A stretch of 64,000 nt of DNA from Macrostomum hystrix (lineage: Eukaryota > Animalia > Platyhelminthes): the NCBI GenBank assembly GCA_950097015.1, contig CATNEN010000041.1, positions 2,790,001 through 2,854,000 on the forward strand. The letters are read 5' to 3'. Below the pieces are notes generated by a model. That model was not told the origin of the DNA, did not search any database, and saw only the letters and a list, made by a program, of their open reading frames with translations. Position 1 is the first letter of the stretch. Every line of letters begins with the position of its first letter. Both the position numbers and the translations under genes were made by a program. This document shows, in pieces, positions 35,895-48,017 of this stretch.

Positions 35895-38800
35895 GTGAGG
35901 GTGCAAATCACAAAGCTCGGTCACAAATCTCAAAGCCGAGTAAGACCTACATACACTAACCTGACTACCAGCGGCCTCGCCGCATCTGCCAGCGGCCTCG
36001 CAGCTCCTGCCAGCGGCCTCGCCGCACCTACAAGCGGCCTCGCCGCACCTACCAGCGGCCTCGCCGCACCTGCTAGCGGCCTCGCCGCACCTGCTAGCGG
36101 CCTCGCCGCACCTGCTAGCGGCCTCGCCGCACCTGCTAGCGGCCTCGCCGCACCTGCTAGCGGCCTCGCCGCACCTGCTAGCGGCCTCGCCGCACCCACC
36201 AGCGGCCTCGCCGCACCCACCAGCGGCCTCGCCGCACCTGCTAGCGGCCTCGCCGCACCTGCCAGCGCCCTCGCCTCACCCACCAGCGGCCTCGCCGCAT
36301 CTGCCAGCGGCCTCGCCGCACCTACCAGCGGCCTCGCCGCACCCACCAGCGGCCTCGCCGCACCTGCCAGCGGCCTCGCCGCACCCACCAGCGGCCTCGC
36401 CGCACCCACCAGCGGCCTCGCCGCACCTGCCAGCGGCCTCGCCGCACCCACCAGCGGCCTCGCCGCACCTGCCAGCGGCCTCGCCGCACCCACCAGCGGC
36501 CTCGCCGCACCTGCCAGTCCAGTCGGCTCTATCGCATTCGGTGTATCTAACCAACAGGACGCTGTACAACAACTTATTGGCGCAATGGCTCAGATGATGC
36601 AGCAGAACCAGCTGCTCGTACAACAGCTTCACATAAACCAGACCACATCCCAGCCCGCCCCTCCGACGCCTCGACCGACGTCCCTCTTCGGCGACACCGT
36701 CCTCCGCAATGTTCAACTTCAAGGTTTCGACGGTGAAGACCCAGCTAGTTTCCCTGCATTTTGGAGTTCTTTCACTTACCGCATCGACAGCAGCAACTAC
36801 ACAGACGTTGATAAATTTGAAGCTCTTCGCGGGCTTCTCGCTGGCGCTGCCCTCCGGAAACTAGGTGGTCTGGACGCCTGTCAACCGGGGGCCTACAACC
36901 AAGCCTGCCAAATTCTCCAAGCTAATTATGGCGACCTGTGGGAGCAGAAGAGCACCTGCTTCAGGCGACTTCTCGCGTTGCCGCAGCTTTGCAACATCGA
37001 CCACCAGAGCCTGGAGGAATTTCGGACACACTTCGCCTCACAGTCGGCCAGCTAACCCGCCTCGGTGAAACCAGTGCTGCCCTGGATCCCTACGTGCATG
37101 CACTGTGGCCAAAGCTCCCACCGGCGCTCCAATCAGATATCCAGGATGTGCGTTGTAAGGCGTTGCAACCGCTAATTCCAACAATGCAAGAGCTCCAGGG
37201 ACACCTCGACAACAAGCTTCGTGCCATCCGTGCCTCGCAAACCAACTACGCAACAGCTGCTTTCGCCCCCTATGCCGGAGCTAGTCTAATCAACGCTGCC
37301 ACAAACCGCTCCGTAACTTCATCCACTCCGAGTGCTGGTCACGTGCACACACGTGCACATGCACCGATCTGCGTCTACTGCGAACGGCCAGGACACTCCA
37401 GTCAGACATGCGACGTAATTTCGAAGCCCGATGATCGGCTCCGCGTTATTCGAAGCAAGGCCCTGTGCCTCAACTGCCTGCGTAGCCATGCCACCTCAAA
37501 CTGTAGCTCCCGGAACAGATGCCGCGAGTGTCGAGCATTGCACCACACATCACTTCACGGAGCGCGTTTCAATCCACCACCGCATGTTCTTCACGTCGAC
37601 TCAACAGCGAAAGCCAACAGCAACCTCGACTCGACGACCGCATTGCCGACGGCATTCGCCAACTTAAAAGCCATGAACGATAACACCATCAATACCGTCT
37701 CCTGCATCTCCTCCACCTGCGACGAGTTGATAAGACCGTCCATCATGGCCACATTCTCTGCCACTGCTGTAAACCCGACTAGCGGCGGAACTACGCGAGT
37801 GTCGGTCCTCATCGATGGCGGCTGCAGTTTCACGTACATAAAACTCGATGTGGCTCGAAAACTCGGTCTTCGTTTACATCGCCGAATCTCGCTTGACAGC
37901 TCTTCATGTCACACCAACTCTCGACGCCGAGTGACCGCAGACATCGTCGAACTCGAACTCTCAACACCCGATGGCCGCCGTTTACCACTCCGAGTTCTGG
38001 CAACCGAGCACATCGCTCCACCAATCCACATACCAGCTGTCCAGCTACCAAGTGATATTCTGGCCACTCTGCAACACTTGCCCCATGGAATAGCCAATCT
38101 CCCACCTTCCCAAGACGGGGAACTTGAGTTAGATTTGCTCATCGGTAACGACTATGCCCAGCGGTTAATAGGCCCGAGCGTTCCTGCAATCCCACTGCGG
38201 CCAAGTCTTACCGCGCACCTCACCCCGTTTGGTGCCGTCCTCACAGGCTGCCTCGAAAATACCGACGATTGTAAATCCAGTGGGCTTCTCAACTCTAGTC
38301 AACTCATCGCCAACTCACTTCTGTCACAATCCCGTCCCGACAACCTTGAATGTCTGGTCGACCGAATGACCAGCCTCGAGCTGCTCGGCATCGAAAGAGG
38401 GGCCGAACAACCCAATCCACGAGGCGACGTTTTGACGAAAGACCTCCTGGACTCGGCCACACATGGATCGGACGGTCGTTACTCGGTCGCATTACCCTTC
38501 AAGCCTGGAGCGGAGCAACTCCCATCAAACTTCGGACAAGCTTGGGGTCGCGCTCAGGCTACACACCGTCGTCTTTCACAGGCGGAGCGTCAAGAGTACT
38601 ATGGAGAGTTTGAAAAGCACAAAGCAGAAGGGATCCTGGAAATCGTCGATGACACTAGTCCAAAAGGAAAGATCATCCATGTCCTGCCGCACTTTCCCGT
38701 CATCAAGATGTCTTCAAACACCACAAAAGTACGACCAGTTGTAGACGCCTCAGCGCCAACATCTCTAGGGGGCGTCTCTCTCAACGACCTCATGGAGTCT

Positions 38801-41800
38801 GGGCCAAACTTGCTCACCAACCTCTTTAAGGTTCAGCTACGTCTCCGAACCTCAAAGTTTATCTGCCTCAGCGACATCCAGGCCGCCTTTTACCAAGTAC
38901 TCGTGCACGAGCATTGTCGGGACGCCCAACGTGTTATCCTACCCAAAAACATCGACCTGCCGCTTACACGTGACAATTTCCAAGTCTGGCGCTTCACCCG
39001 TATCGTCATGGGAGCCAGATCATCACCGTGGATCCTTGCCGCCGTCATTCGGAAACTCTGCCTGGATGCCATGGATTCCGGAAAATCAGGTCTTAGCTCT
39101 CGACAGCTTGAGCAGCTACCCTACAGCCTCTATGTCGACAACTTGGTCCAGGGCTATGACGTTCAAGAAGAGGGCCCACGTATCGTTGCCGCAACCCGAG
39201 CTCTCTTCCGATCCGCTGGGTTTCACCTCCGCCAGTTTGCCGCCAGTGACCCAGGAGCGCTCTGCGACGTGCCCTGGGCAGATCAGATCCACGAACCAGT
39301 CGTCAAGAGCCTCGGAATCCTCTGGGACACACAGAGTGACCGACTGAGCCTGGCCAGTCCACAGCTGAAATTGGACCCTAATCTCAACCGGGCCAGTCTT
39401 CTTAAGGGAATCTCTACGCCATACGACCCGTGCGGTTACGCAGCGCCCCTGCTTCTAGCTGGACGTCTTCTATATCACGAAAGCTTCGGTCCTATGGATG
39501 CATGGAACAAGCCTGCCTCAACCGATACTGTTGAGAGCTGGCGCAGACTCCTCAATGATTTCAACGAGATCTGCCGTATTACCGTTCCTCGTCGCTGCCT
39601 CGCAGACCAGGCACTACCCAGTAGGCTCGTGATCTTCAGCGACGCCTCACCTCGAGCTTACGGGTACACAATTTACCTGCATCAGAATGGGAAGGACCTC
39701 ACCAACTGCTGCCTCATCAACGCCAAGGCCCGCCTCGCTCCATCTGGCCGCAAGAATGTACTCATCACGGTTCCTCGCCTTGAGCTCTGGGCCGCATTAA
39801 TCGCCAACCGAGCCGCGATTTTCCTACGCGACTCCTTTAACCTAGGCAAGAGGCTCAGTGGCATAACCCACTTCATGGACAGTCAGATAGTCCTACATTG
39901 GATCCACAATGGGGCCAAGCTCCGTCCCTATGAGGCCCGTCGCGTTCAGGAGATCTTGGAGTCCAACCTGACTGACGACTACCGCTACGTCAACACCGCT
40001 GAGAACCCTGCCGATTGTTGCACAAGGCCACTTACACTCAGCCAACTTCTCAATTCAAATTTCTTCACCGGACCTCGATTCCTCCGACAGCCACATGGGG
40101 AGTGGCCATCTCAGACAACACCCACACCCACGAACTCCACGATTCTCCAAGGCATCCCACCAGCCCAGAAAAAGACCAAGAAGACAAGCGCTTTCCTGTC
40201 TGCATCGAACAGATGCGTCCCCCCTGCAGACATGGACATCAACCGCTTCGGCAAACTCAGTGCCCTTCTCGGAACTCTCGCATATGTTATCCGTTTCGTC
40301 AAGCGAAGAAACCGAGTCACCGCGCCAGATGCCTCGGAACGCCAGGCTGCTCTTCACTTGTGGATCAAATGGGTACAGAGAGAGCGCTACGCTGACGCAA
40401 TCAATGCCATACAGGAAGGCAGACCCAAAAGCTGCAAGATAGTCGCGCAGCTTGACCTCTTCTTGGATGACGAAGGTCTGATCCGCCTCAATTCCCGTAT
40501 GGCAAACGCAACCTTAGACGCAGACGCAATCTACCCAATGCTCCTTCCACCCGATCATCATCTCACTCACCTGCTCATACTCTACTTCCACAAACGAGAT
40601 TGCCACAGCAGCGCCATATCTGTTCTACGGAGCCTTCGCGACCGTTTCTGGATTGTCCGTGGTCTCTCCACTGTCCGCTCAAGCCTCCGCCAGTGTCTTC
40701 AATGCCGATTCACGAAGGGACGCACACTCCCTCCCCCACAGCATGGCCAGCTACCACCAGAGCGCCTCAACTCATCAGGCCCGGCGTTCAGCTCTCTGCT
40801 CGTCGACCAGCTGGGCCCCGTCTTGACGACCGATACGAAGACCCGCACTATCAACAAACGATGGGCAATGCTCCTCTGTTGCGCCTCAAGCCGCGCGGTC
40901 CATCTCGAGTACCTCCATGACTATTCTGCGGACTCAGTTCTCCATGCTTTCGAGCGATTCTGGGCCCGCCGGGGACTCACCGAAGCCAGCATCTTCCTAG
41001 ACCAGGCAACCGCCTTCCAAGCGGCCGGCAAAATCATCGACTCTCTGCTAACACCAACGTTCCAGCACAAACTCCTAGCTGACCTCCAACCATTCGCCAC
41101 TGCTAGACAACTCCACTTCAAATTCGCACCGGCACGCGCTCCGTGGCACCAAGGAGCCGTCGAGCGACTGGTTGGGATGGTCAAAGCCAGCCTTCGACCC
41201 GCACTTTGGCGCCGGCGGATCTCGGACGAAGAGTTCCTCACCCTGCTGACAAAGATCGAGGCTGTCTTGAACTCTCGCCCGCTGACATCTTTCTCGAATG
41301 ACCCAAGCGATACGCGCCCCCTAACGCCAGCCGATCTCATCGCTCCTAGCGCTCGACTTGACTTGCCTGCAGCGCCTGAGCACCTTCTTCCATCTGCTGG
41401 GACCACGACCAGCAACCAACTACGAGCTCTCTATCGACGCCGCGAGCAAATCATTGACGCTTTCTGGGCGCGATGGAACCGCGACTACATTCAACAACTC
41501 CACTCGATCCACTTACAACACCGTAGACGACACGGCGAGCACTCACACCAGCCCCTCGTTGGACAGCTCTACCTCCTCGCCGACCAGACTCCGCGGTCAA
41601 ACTGGAAGACGTGCCGCGTCATCGAAGTCCATCCCGACAGTCAGGATATCACCCGTTATGTCACTGTCCGAACGAGCACCGGTCACGAGTCCCGCCGTGC
41701 CATCACGCATCTCGTCCCTCTCGAGGCCGACATTATCGATTTCCAAACCGCGGCCAACGCCGGCAGGACTCTAGTTCCACCCGTTTCTGGCAGCAAGGAC

Positions 41801-41878
41801 GATCCGGTACAAACCAACCGCGCTCGACGGGCCATGCGACGACAACTTCTACGTGACTCTCCTTTTAACATTGCGTAA
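35895..41878 (+). CDS. BEL/Pao Gag-Pol polyprotein in two frames, with a -1 shift near 37020 (DUF1759-type Gag, three Zn knuckles, protease, RT, RNase H, integrase)
   Basis: Gag FDGEDPASFPAFWSSF..DKFEALRGLL; knuckles CVYCERPGH, CLNCLRSH, CRECRALHHTSLH; protease VLIDGG; RT YVDNL; RNase H IFSDAS and PRLELWA; integrase HKRDCH..CLQC, VDQLGP, APWHQGAVERLV. Confidence 0.93.
35970..36515 (+). repeat. 21-bp tandem repeat x26 encoding (SGLAAP[A/T])n at the 5' end of BEL gag
   Basis: Unit AGCGGCCTCGCCGCACC(T/C)(G/A)C(T/C); 546 bp = 26 x 21. Confidence 0.95.
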
Positions 41879-42215
41879 CTTCGCCCCCCCCACCCTGTCG
41901 GAAATGCTTCCTCCAGAACTCCTTCTCGTCGTTTCCTTCGACTCTCCTCTTTTCTCTCTTGCTCACCAACTAGTTAATCAGTACGTTTCACTGCACTTTA
42001 ATTGTTTCGCTTTCTATCGTCCTTTTAGCCCATAGACTACGCATCCTGCCCGCCCCTTGTTACTCAATCGTTGTCTATGTTTCTAATGCCTTTCTCGGTA
42101 CAGTTCCCCTTTAGTTGCTTCTAGTGCGCACTAAGCCCACAAGAGCTTCGAACCAAATACATTCGATATACAAGTCAATTACAAGCAAAGAAGTTTTGTC
42201 CCAAGCGACACAGAC

Positions 42216-43734
42216 CAAGGCCTTCAGCGAGCTGCGCCCGCCGACCAACAGGAAGGAGCTGCAGGCGTTCCTGGGATCCGCCAACTATCTGATGCGGTTC
42301 GTGCCCAACTTCGCGGAGGTAACGGCGCCACTGCGGCCTCTGCTGAAAAGCGACGCGGTGTTCGAATGGTCGACGGAGTGCGAGAAGGCATTCGAAACGT
42401 TGAAAGCGGCAATCTGCAGTCCGCCGGTCCTAGCCCACTTCGACCCAGGGGCCGAGACGATCGTCACTAGCGACGCCAGTGCAGAGTCCCTCGGTGCGCA
42501 GCTGTCCAAGGTCCAAGATGGCATCGAGAGGCCGATCGCCTTCGCCGCCCGGGCCCTGACCGAGACGGAGAAGCGATACGCAGCGAACGAGCGAGAGGCG
42601 CTGGCGAGCCTGTGGGCCATGGTGAAGTGGCACTACTACCTGTACGGGCGCCATTTCGAGCTGCGGACCGACCACCAAGCGCTGCGCCAGCTCCTGCTGG
42701 GACCCAGCGGCACCGGACATCGGCCGCTGCGCATCCACCGGTGGTGCGACAGGTTTCAGCAATATGACTTCCATGTGCGATACCTGCCGGGCAACCGCAA
42801 CTTCGTGGCCGACATGCTGTCTAGGTGGAGCTGTGGTTCCGACATGAACATCATCCAGCTACCAGACACTGCGATGCCTCCGGTACGGGTTGTTACCCCG
42901 CAGCAGCTAGCGATAGCCACAGCCGAGGATGCGGTTCTGCGACAGGTGATTCAGCACGTCACAAGCGGCAACTGGAGCTCTTCATCGGATAGCGAGCTGC
43001 AGCCGTACTTCAAGGTCCGCGAGCACCTCAGCGTCTGGCAGGACGGCGCCTGCCTGGCTTTCCAAGAACGAGCCGTCATTCCCCTGCAGCTGCGGCGCGA
43101 GCTTCTGGAGGCGGCCCATTCTGGACATCCGGGGGTCGTGCGCACCAAGCAGCAGCTCCACGAGTTCGCCTGGTGGCCAAAGATGGACGCCGACGTCGAG
43201 ACGTTCGTCCGAGACTGCGGCGCCTGCGAGACAGCGGAGAAGAATTTCAAGCTGCGACCGGCTCTGCTGTCACCGTCTAAGGACAACGCGGTTGCGCATA
43301 CCGAGATGGCCCAGCGAATCCAAGAGCGCCAGCAGCGGACGGCAGCCTACACGGACCAGCGGCGAAGAGCGCGACCGCCGGCACTGCGCGCCGGCGACTG
43401 GGTTCGGGTGCGGCGTCCAATACGACGGGGCAAGCTCGGAACGCGGCTCTCGGCGCCGCTTCGGATCGTCAAAACGATGGGCGCTGCTTGCCGACTGACC
43501 GACGGCAGCACCTGGAATCAGCAGGCACTCGTACCAACATCGATGCGCCTGAGCCCCGAGACACCGGTGCCTGACGAGCTCGACCCGCTCATCGACATTC
43601 AAGGACAGCACACGGTTCCGGACGAGGGAGGCGGAGATCCCTTGCCTGCACCGGATCCAGCACAGGGACTAGCGACCCCGCCGGTACGACGATCCGGTCG
43701 GCCGAGGCGACCTGTGCAGCGTTATGGCTTCTGA
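42216..43734 (+). CDS. Gypsy pol, 3' part (RT thumb, RNase H, integrase Zn finger and C-terminus; DDE core deleted)
   Basis: Removing the BEL element plus one TSD copy restores PSESQT|KAFSELRPPTNRKELQAFLG and a 3456-nt ORF. Motifs TSDASAESLG, YAANEREALA and HSGHPG..CGAC are present; no D-D-E core follows. Confidence 0.92.
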
Positions 43735-45687
43735 CTGACTGATTTTGCGGAGAGGGGGAAGATGTTGTGTATTGACTGACTGAATGCTAATTTACGCATA
43801 CTGCCACTATGAGTAGTGCAGTGAGGAAGCTAGTAGTTTCTAGAACCTTCTGTAGCCAGAATATTCTAGAACCTTCTATAGTCCGTGTTTTCTAGAACTT
43901 TCGATTTAACATATCAGCTACCTATAAATATACGGACACAAAGCTATCACAAAAAGGATAACTGCTCAATTTGGAATCTGCCAACAAATCCGTTGTTCCC
44001 TTCGTTCACTACATAACATTTGTCACTTGATTTATCGGCAGTTTTCTACGAGCCATTTTTTAAACTAGCGCTTGTTTCGAACTCTACTAACCTTATTGTA
44101 TCTAAGCTCAGTTTTTGTTATTCTACGAGTTAGTCCTGATGTGCATAAATGAAAGAATTAAAATTAAGTTTCTGATCAACCATCAATCAGACCAAGTCAC
44201 TTACTTAAAAAATTCCAATAATAAATATCAACGAAACAATGCAGTGATATACCTACCAGTAACGCGAACTCAACGTTAAAAATATCTATATATGTGTATT
44301 GTTAAACAGCAAAAAAGAATACACAGAGTGAAACTACGTCTATGCCAGTCGACAGAAATAATAATTGGACAAAATTTTTTTATACGTGTATTAACATGAT
44401 AAGTTTCATGAAAGTTTTGACGCGTTTCGCACTCCAAGGCATCATGCAGTTAATATTGTTCGAACGATGGTAATAAAACGAACAAGACGAATTTATCTAT
44501 GATTGTCAATATATGTAACTAATGAGTAAATATTCCATATGTGCAAAGCTATTTTAATGGCTTAATGTAAATCTAAGCCACCTTAAAGTAATTTCAAACT
44601 AAATTTTATCGCTAAAAATCTTTGTCGTTTCTTATAGTCAAAACATCAATTTACGTCAACGATTGAAATGCTAAAGAAATACATTTTTGCTTCATTAAAA
44701 CGGAATAAGACTTCAATGATCTTGTGGTCAACCCTGGCGGCCATAAATACTAGACGAAAGTAATCTCGATAATTGTAATGTAAATAAATATAAAACTATT
44801 TTTGGCTTGCTATGCCACCCGTGTTGACACGGTAGTCAGCCTAAGAAACGATTTCGGAGCATGCACGAGGAGCGCATCATAGGCTACTCGGCGCATGCTC
44901 CGTGTTCTAAGAGCATGCTCTTTCAGTTTAATTAGGCTCGATAGTCCAATTTAATAGGGAGGATCTACGCTACACTGCAGAAATAGACGCTTAGTATTAG
45001 TTATATAGCAAGTAGTTATATAGCAATTAGCTATATATAAATGTATTTTTAGTAGTAGTATTTTAATTTGTACAGTATTTAAATGTGAGAATCTATTCTA
45101 AATGCCAAAAAGACTCTTGACAATTCAAGATAGAAGAGAAGCTCTCTACTGCATTATTGTAATCCTTTATGATATCTATTTAGTGGTCCAATGGTGCACA
45201 ATAGAATCGATAATTGGCTTGAACAAAACTGTCAGTTAGTTAATAAAAAGGCTAGAACTAGTTTAGCTGCATGCCTGTATAGTATTATTTGAACTAAAAT
45301 TGTATTTCTAGCTGTCTTAAATGGGCAAGTATTAATATTAGGCCTAATATTAGCTAGGCCTATTAGCTTTCTTTTTGGATTTAGGCCCAATTTAAATTGT
45401 TGATGTACCTGATCCCCTAAATTTATAATTACTTCTATGTATTGACTTGTAAATGAATAATTCAGCTAGCTTACTATCACATACTAGGCTTATAGCTATA
45501 GTCAAAGGCTTAAATAAATAACCATAAATTATTCCAATGCCATTGCAATGTCTATATGCATAAGTAACCAAGGCTTTTACATATAATTTATTAAATATAA
45601 AATCAAATGTCCATAGCTCTATAATCTATATATACAGTCCATTTCATAAGCTAATATAGCCTGCCTGTCTAAGGCAATAAATAGGCA

Positions 45688-47258
45688 GGGGCTAGATAGT
45701 AGAGCTTGTAGTAGGCTAGCTGGTAGGGCTAGCTAGTAGGGGCAGGCTGGTAGGGGCTAGATGGTAGAGCTGTTAGGGGATAGCTAGTAGGGGCTAGATA
45801 GTAGAGCTGTTAGGGGATAACTGGTAGTGGCTAGCATAGGCCTAGATAATAGAGTTAGGGGATAGCATAGTTGGTAAGGCTAGCTAGTAGGGGCAGGCTG
45901 GTAGGGGCTAGATGGTAGAGCTGTTAGGGGATAGCTGGTAGCAGCTAGCATAGGCCTAGATAATAGAGTTAGGGGATAGCTGGTAGGGCTAGCTAGTAGG
46001 GGCAGGCTGGTAGGGGCTAGATGGTAGAGCTGTTAGGGGATAACTGGTAGCCTAGGGGCTAGATAGTAGAGCTGTTAGGGGATAGCTAGTAGGGGCTAGA
46101 TAGTAGAGCTGTTAGGGGATAACTGGTAGTGGCTAGCATAGGCCTAGATAATAGAGTTAGGGGATAGCATAGTTGGTAAGGCTAGCTAGTAGGGGCAGGC
46201 TGGTAGGGGCTAGATGGTAGAGCTGTTAGGGGATAACTGGTAGTGGCTAGCATAGGCCTAGATAATAGAGTTAGGGAATAGCATTGTTGGTAGGGCTAGC
46301 TAGTAGGGGCTAGATGGTAGAGCTGTTAGGGGATAGCTGGTAGCAGCTAGCATAGGCCTAGATAATAGAGTTAGGGGATAACTGGTAGGGCTAGCTAGCC
46401 AGTAGGGGCAGGCTGGTAGGGGCTAGATGGTAGAGCTGTTAGGGGATAACTGGTAGCCTAGGGGCTAGATAGTAGAGCTGTTAGGGGATAGCTAGTAGGG
46501 GCTAGATAGTAGAGCTGTTAGGGGATAACTGGTAGTGGCTAGCATAGGCCTAGATAATAGAGTTAGGGGATAGCATAGTTGGTAGGGCTAGCTAGTAGGG
46601 GCTAGATGGTAGAGCTGTTAGGGGATAACTGGTAGTGGCTAGCATAGGCCTAGATAATAGAGTTAGGGAATAGCATAGTTGGTAGGGCTAGCTAGTAGGG
46701 GCAGGCTGGTAGGGGCTAGATGGTAGAGCTGTTAGGGGATAACTGGTAGTGGCTAGCATAGGCCTAGATAATAGAGTTAGGGGATAGCATAGTTGGTAGG
46801 GCTAGCTAGTAGGGGCAGGCTGGTAGGGGCTAGATGGTAGAGCTGTTAGGGGATAACTGGTAGTGGCTAGCATAGGCCTAGATAATAGAGTTAGGGGATA
46901 GCATAGTTGGTAGGGCTAGCTAGTAGGGGCAGGCTGGTAGGGGCTAGATGGTAGAGCTGTTAGGGGATAACTGGTAGTGGCTAGCATAGGCCTAGATAAT
47001 AGAGTTAGGGAATAGCATAGTTGGTAGGGATAGCTAGTAGGGGCTAGATGGTAGAGCTTTTAGGGGATAGCTGGTAGCAGCTAGCATAGGCCTAGATAAT
47101 AGAGTTAGGGGATAGCTGGTAGGGCTAGCTAGTAGGGTCAGGCTGGTAGGGGCTAGATGGTAGAGCTGTTAGGGGATAACTGGTAGCCTAGGGGCTAGAT
47201 AGTAGAGCTGTTAGGGGATAGCTAGTAGGGGCTAGATAGTAGAGCTGTTAGGGGATAA
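45688..47258 (+). repeat. G-rich composite minisatellite in the left arm of the KDZ element
   Basis: Shuffled modules GGGGCTAGAT(G/A)GTAGAGCTGTTAGGGGATA, GCTAGCATAGGCCTAGATAATAGAGTTAGGGGATA and GCTAGCTAGTAGGGGCAGGCTGGTA. Confidence 0.95.
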
Positions 47259-47689
47259 ATATTATTGTACTGAGTGGTTGATTTTAATCATTCCTAACTT
47301 TCATATTTTCTATATTTCATCGCACAAATAAATAAACTCACTATAATCGTATAGTGAGTTATATGAGTTATATATATATATACTTGTTATATATTTTGTC
47401 CCTTTCTTAAGAACAGAAAATCAGCGACTCTTTTTGCGCCCTGCCTAACTCTATAATTTTAAGGTCTAAACTTGTAGCCTGGCGACTGTATACTCAAAAT
47501 TAATAATCCGAATATCTTGCCCGGTATGCACGAATATCTTGTACAGTCCTCCTTTCTGATTTCATCTTTTATTTCTTCTTTTTCTTCCTTTCTTTTCGTT
47601 TTTTTCTCTTCAGAAAAAATAATAATTAATATGTTAGTATTAATTAAAATAAGAATACATAGTTAATAATGCCTGCACAAACTGGGCTA

Positions 47690-47939
47690 GATGTGCAGCT
47701 AACAGCGCAGCCGCATCTGAAGGCTGCGTAGGGCTGTTTAGTCCACGGAATTAAGGACCACCACACCCACCTTCAATTACCCCAGCTAATGCTGGTACCG
47801 ATTTTACAGCTGGATGAACTGAAGCAGGGCAGAATTAAATGGCTTGCTAAAGGAAACAACTTGTACCGGTGGAGTCGGGAATCGAACCCCCGACCTTCAA
47901 GTCGTGAGTCCGACGCTCTAACCACTAGTCTACAACCCC
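47690..47939 (-). mobile_element. tRNA-derived SINE with CORE-like central domain
   Basis: The minus strand has an A-box (TAGTGGTTAG) and B-box (GGTTCGATTCC). These are followed by CCTTTAGCAAGCCATTTAA...CTTCAGTTCATCCAGCTGTAAAAT, which resembles the MIR CORE as recalled; family assignment not searched. Confidence 0.75.
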
Positions 47940-48017
47940 TTCTTAAAAATAATACTTAGTTAATTCTAACTCATTAAAAACTAATTACAATGTAGTTGAA
48001 AACCTGCCTCAATTTAG

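Larger units (their letters stand above)
35450..42210 (+). mobile_element. BEL/Pao LTR retrotransposon nested in the Gypsy RT; LTRs 35450-35764 and 41896-42210 (315 bp)
   Basis: TG..CA LTRs identical by eye; 5-bp TSD CAGAC (35445-35449, 42211-42215); PBS-like TGGTAGCAGAGCG just after the 5' LTR. Confidence 0.97.
33244..44018 (+). mobile_element. Ty3/Gypsy (Mag-like) LTR retrotransposon interrupted by a BEL/Pao element; LTRs 33244-33499 and 43763-44018 (256 bp)
   Basis: TG..CA LTRs identical by eye; 5-bp TSD TTTGT (33239-33243, 44019-44023); PBS-like ACTGGCGACGAG directly followed by the ATG; PPT GGAGAGGGGGAAGA before the 3' LTR. Confidence 0.97.

Noticed and set aside
35930-36722. Minus-strand (GAARPLA)n and Arg/Trp-rich ORFs
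   Set aside because: Shadows of the 21-bp repeat in BEL gag.
42115-42215. N-terminus of the 539-aa ORF as a real start
   Set aside because: It is BEL 3' LTR sequence fortuitously in frame with the resumed Gypsy pol.
47336-47361. Hairpin AACTCACTAT-AATCGT-ATAGTGAGTT resembling part of a T7 promoter
   Set aside because: Only a partial match in AT-rich DNA; no vector context.
47860-47939. tRNA genes at the SINE heads (also 59610-59697)
   Set aside because: A/B boxes are present but no complete cloverleaf; they continue into SINE bodies with a tail and TSD.
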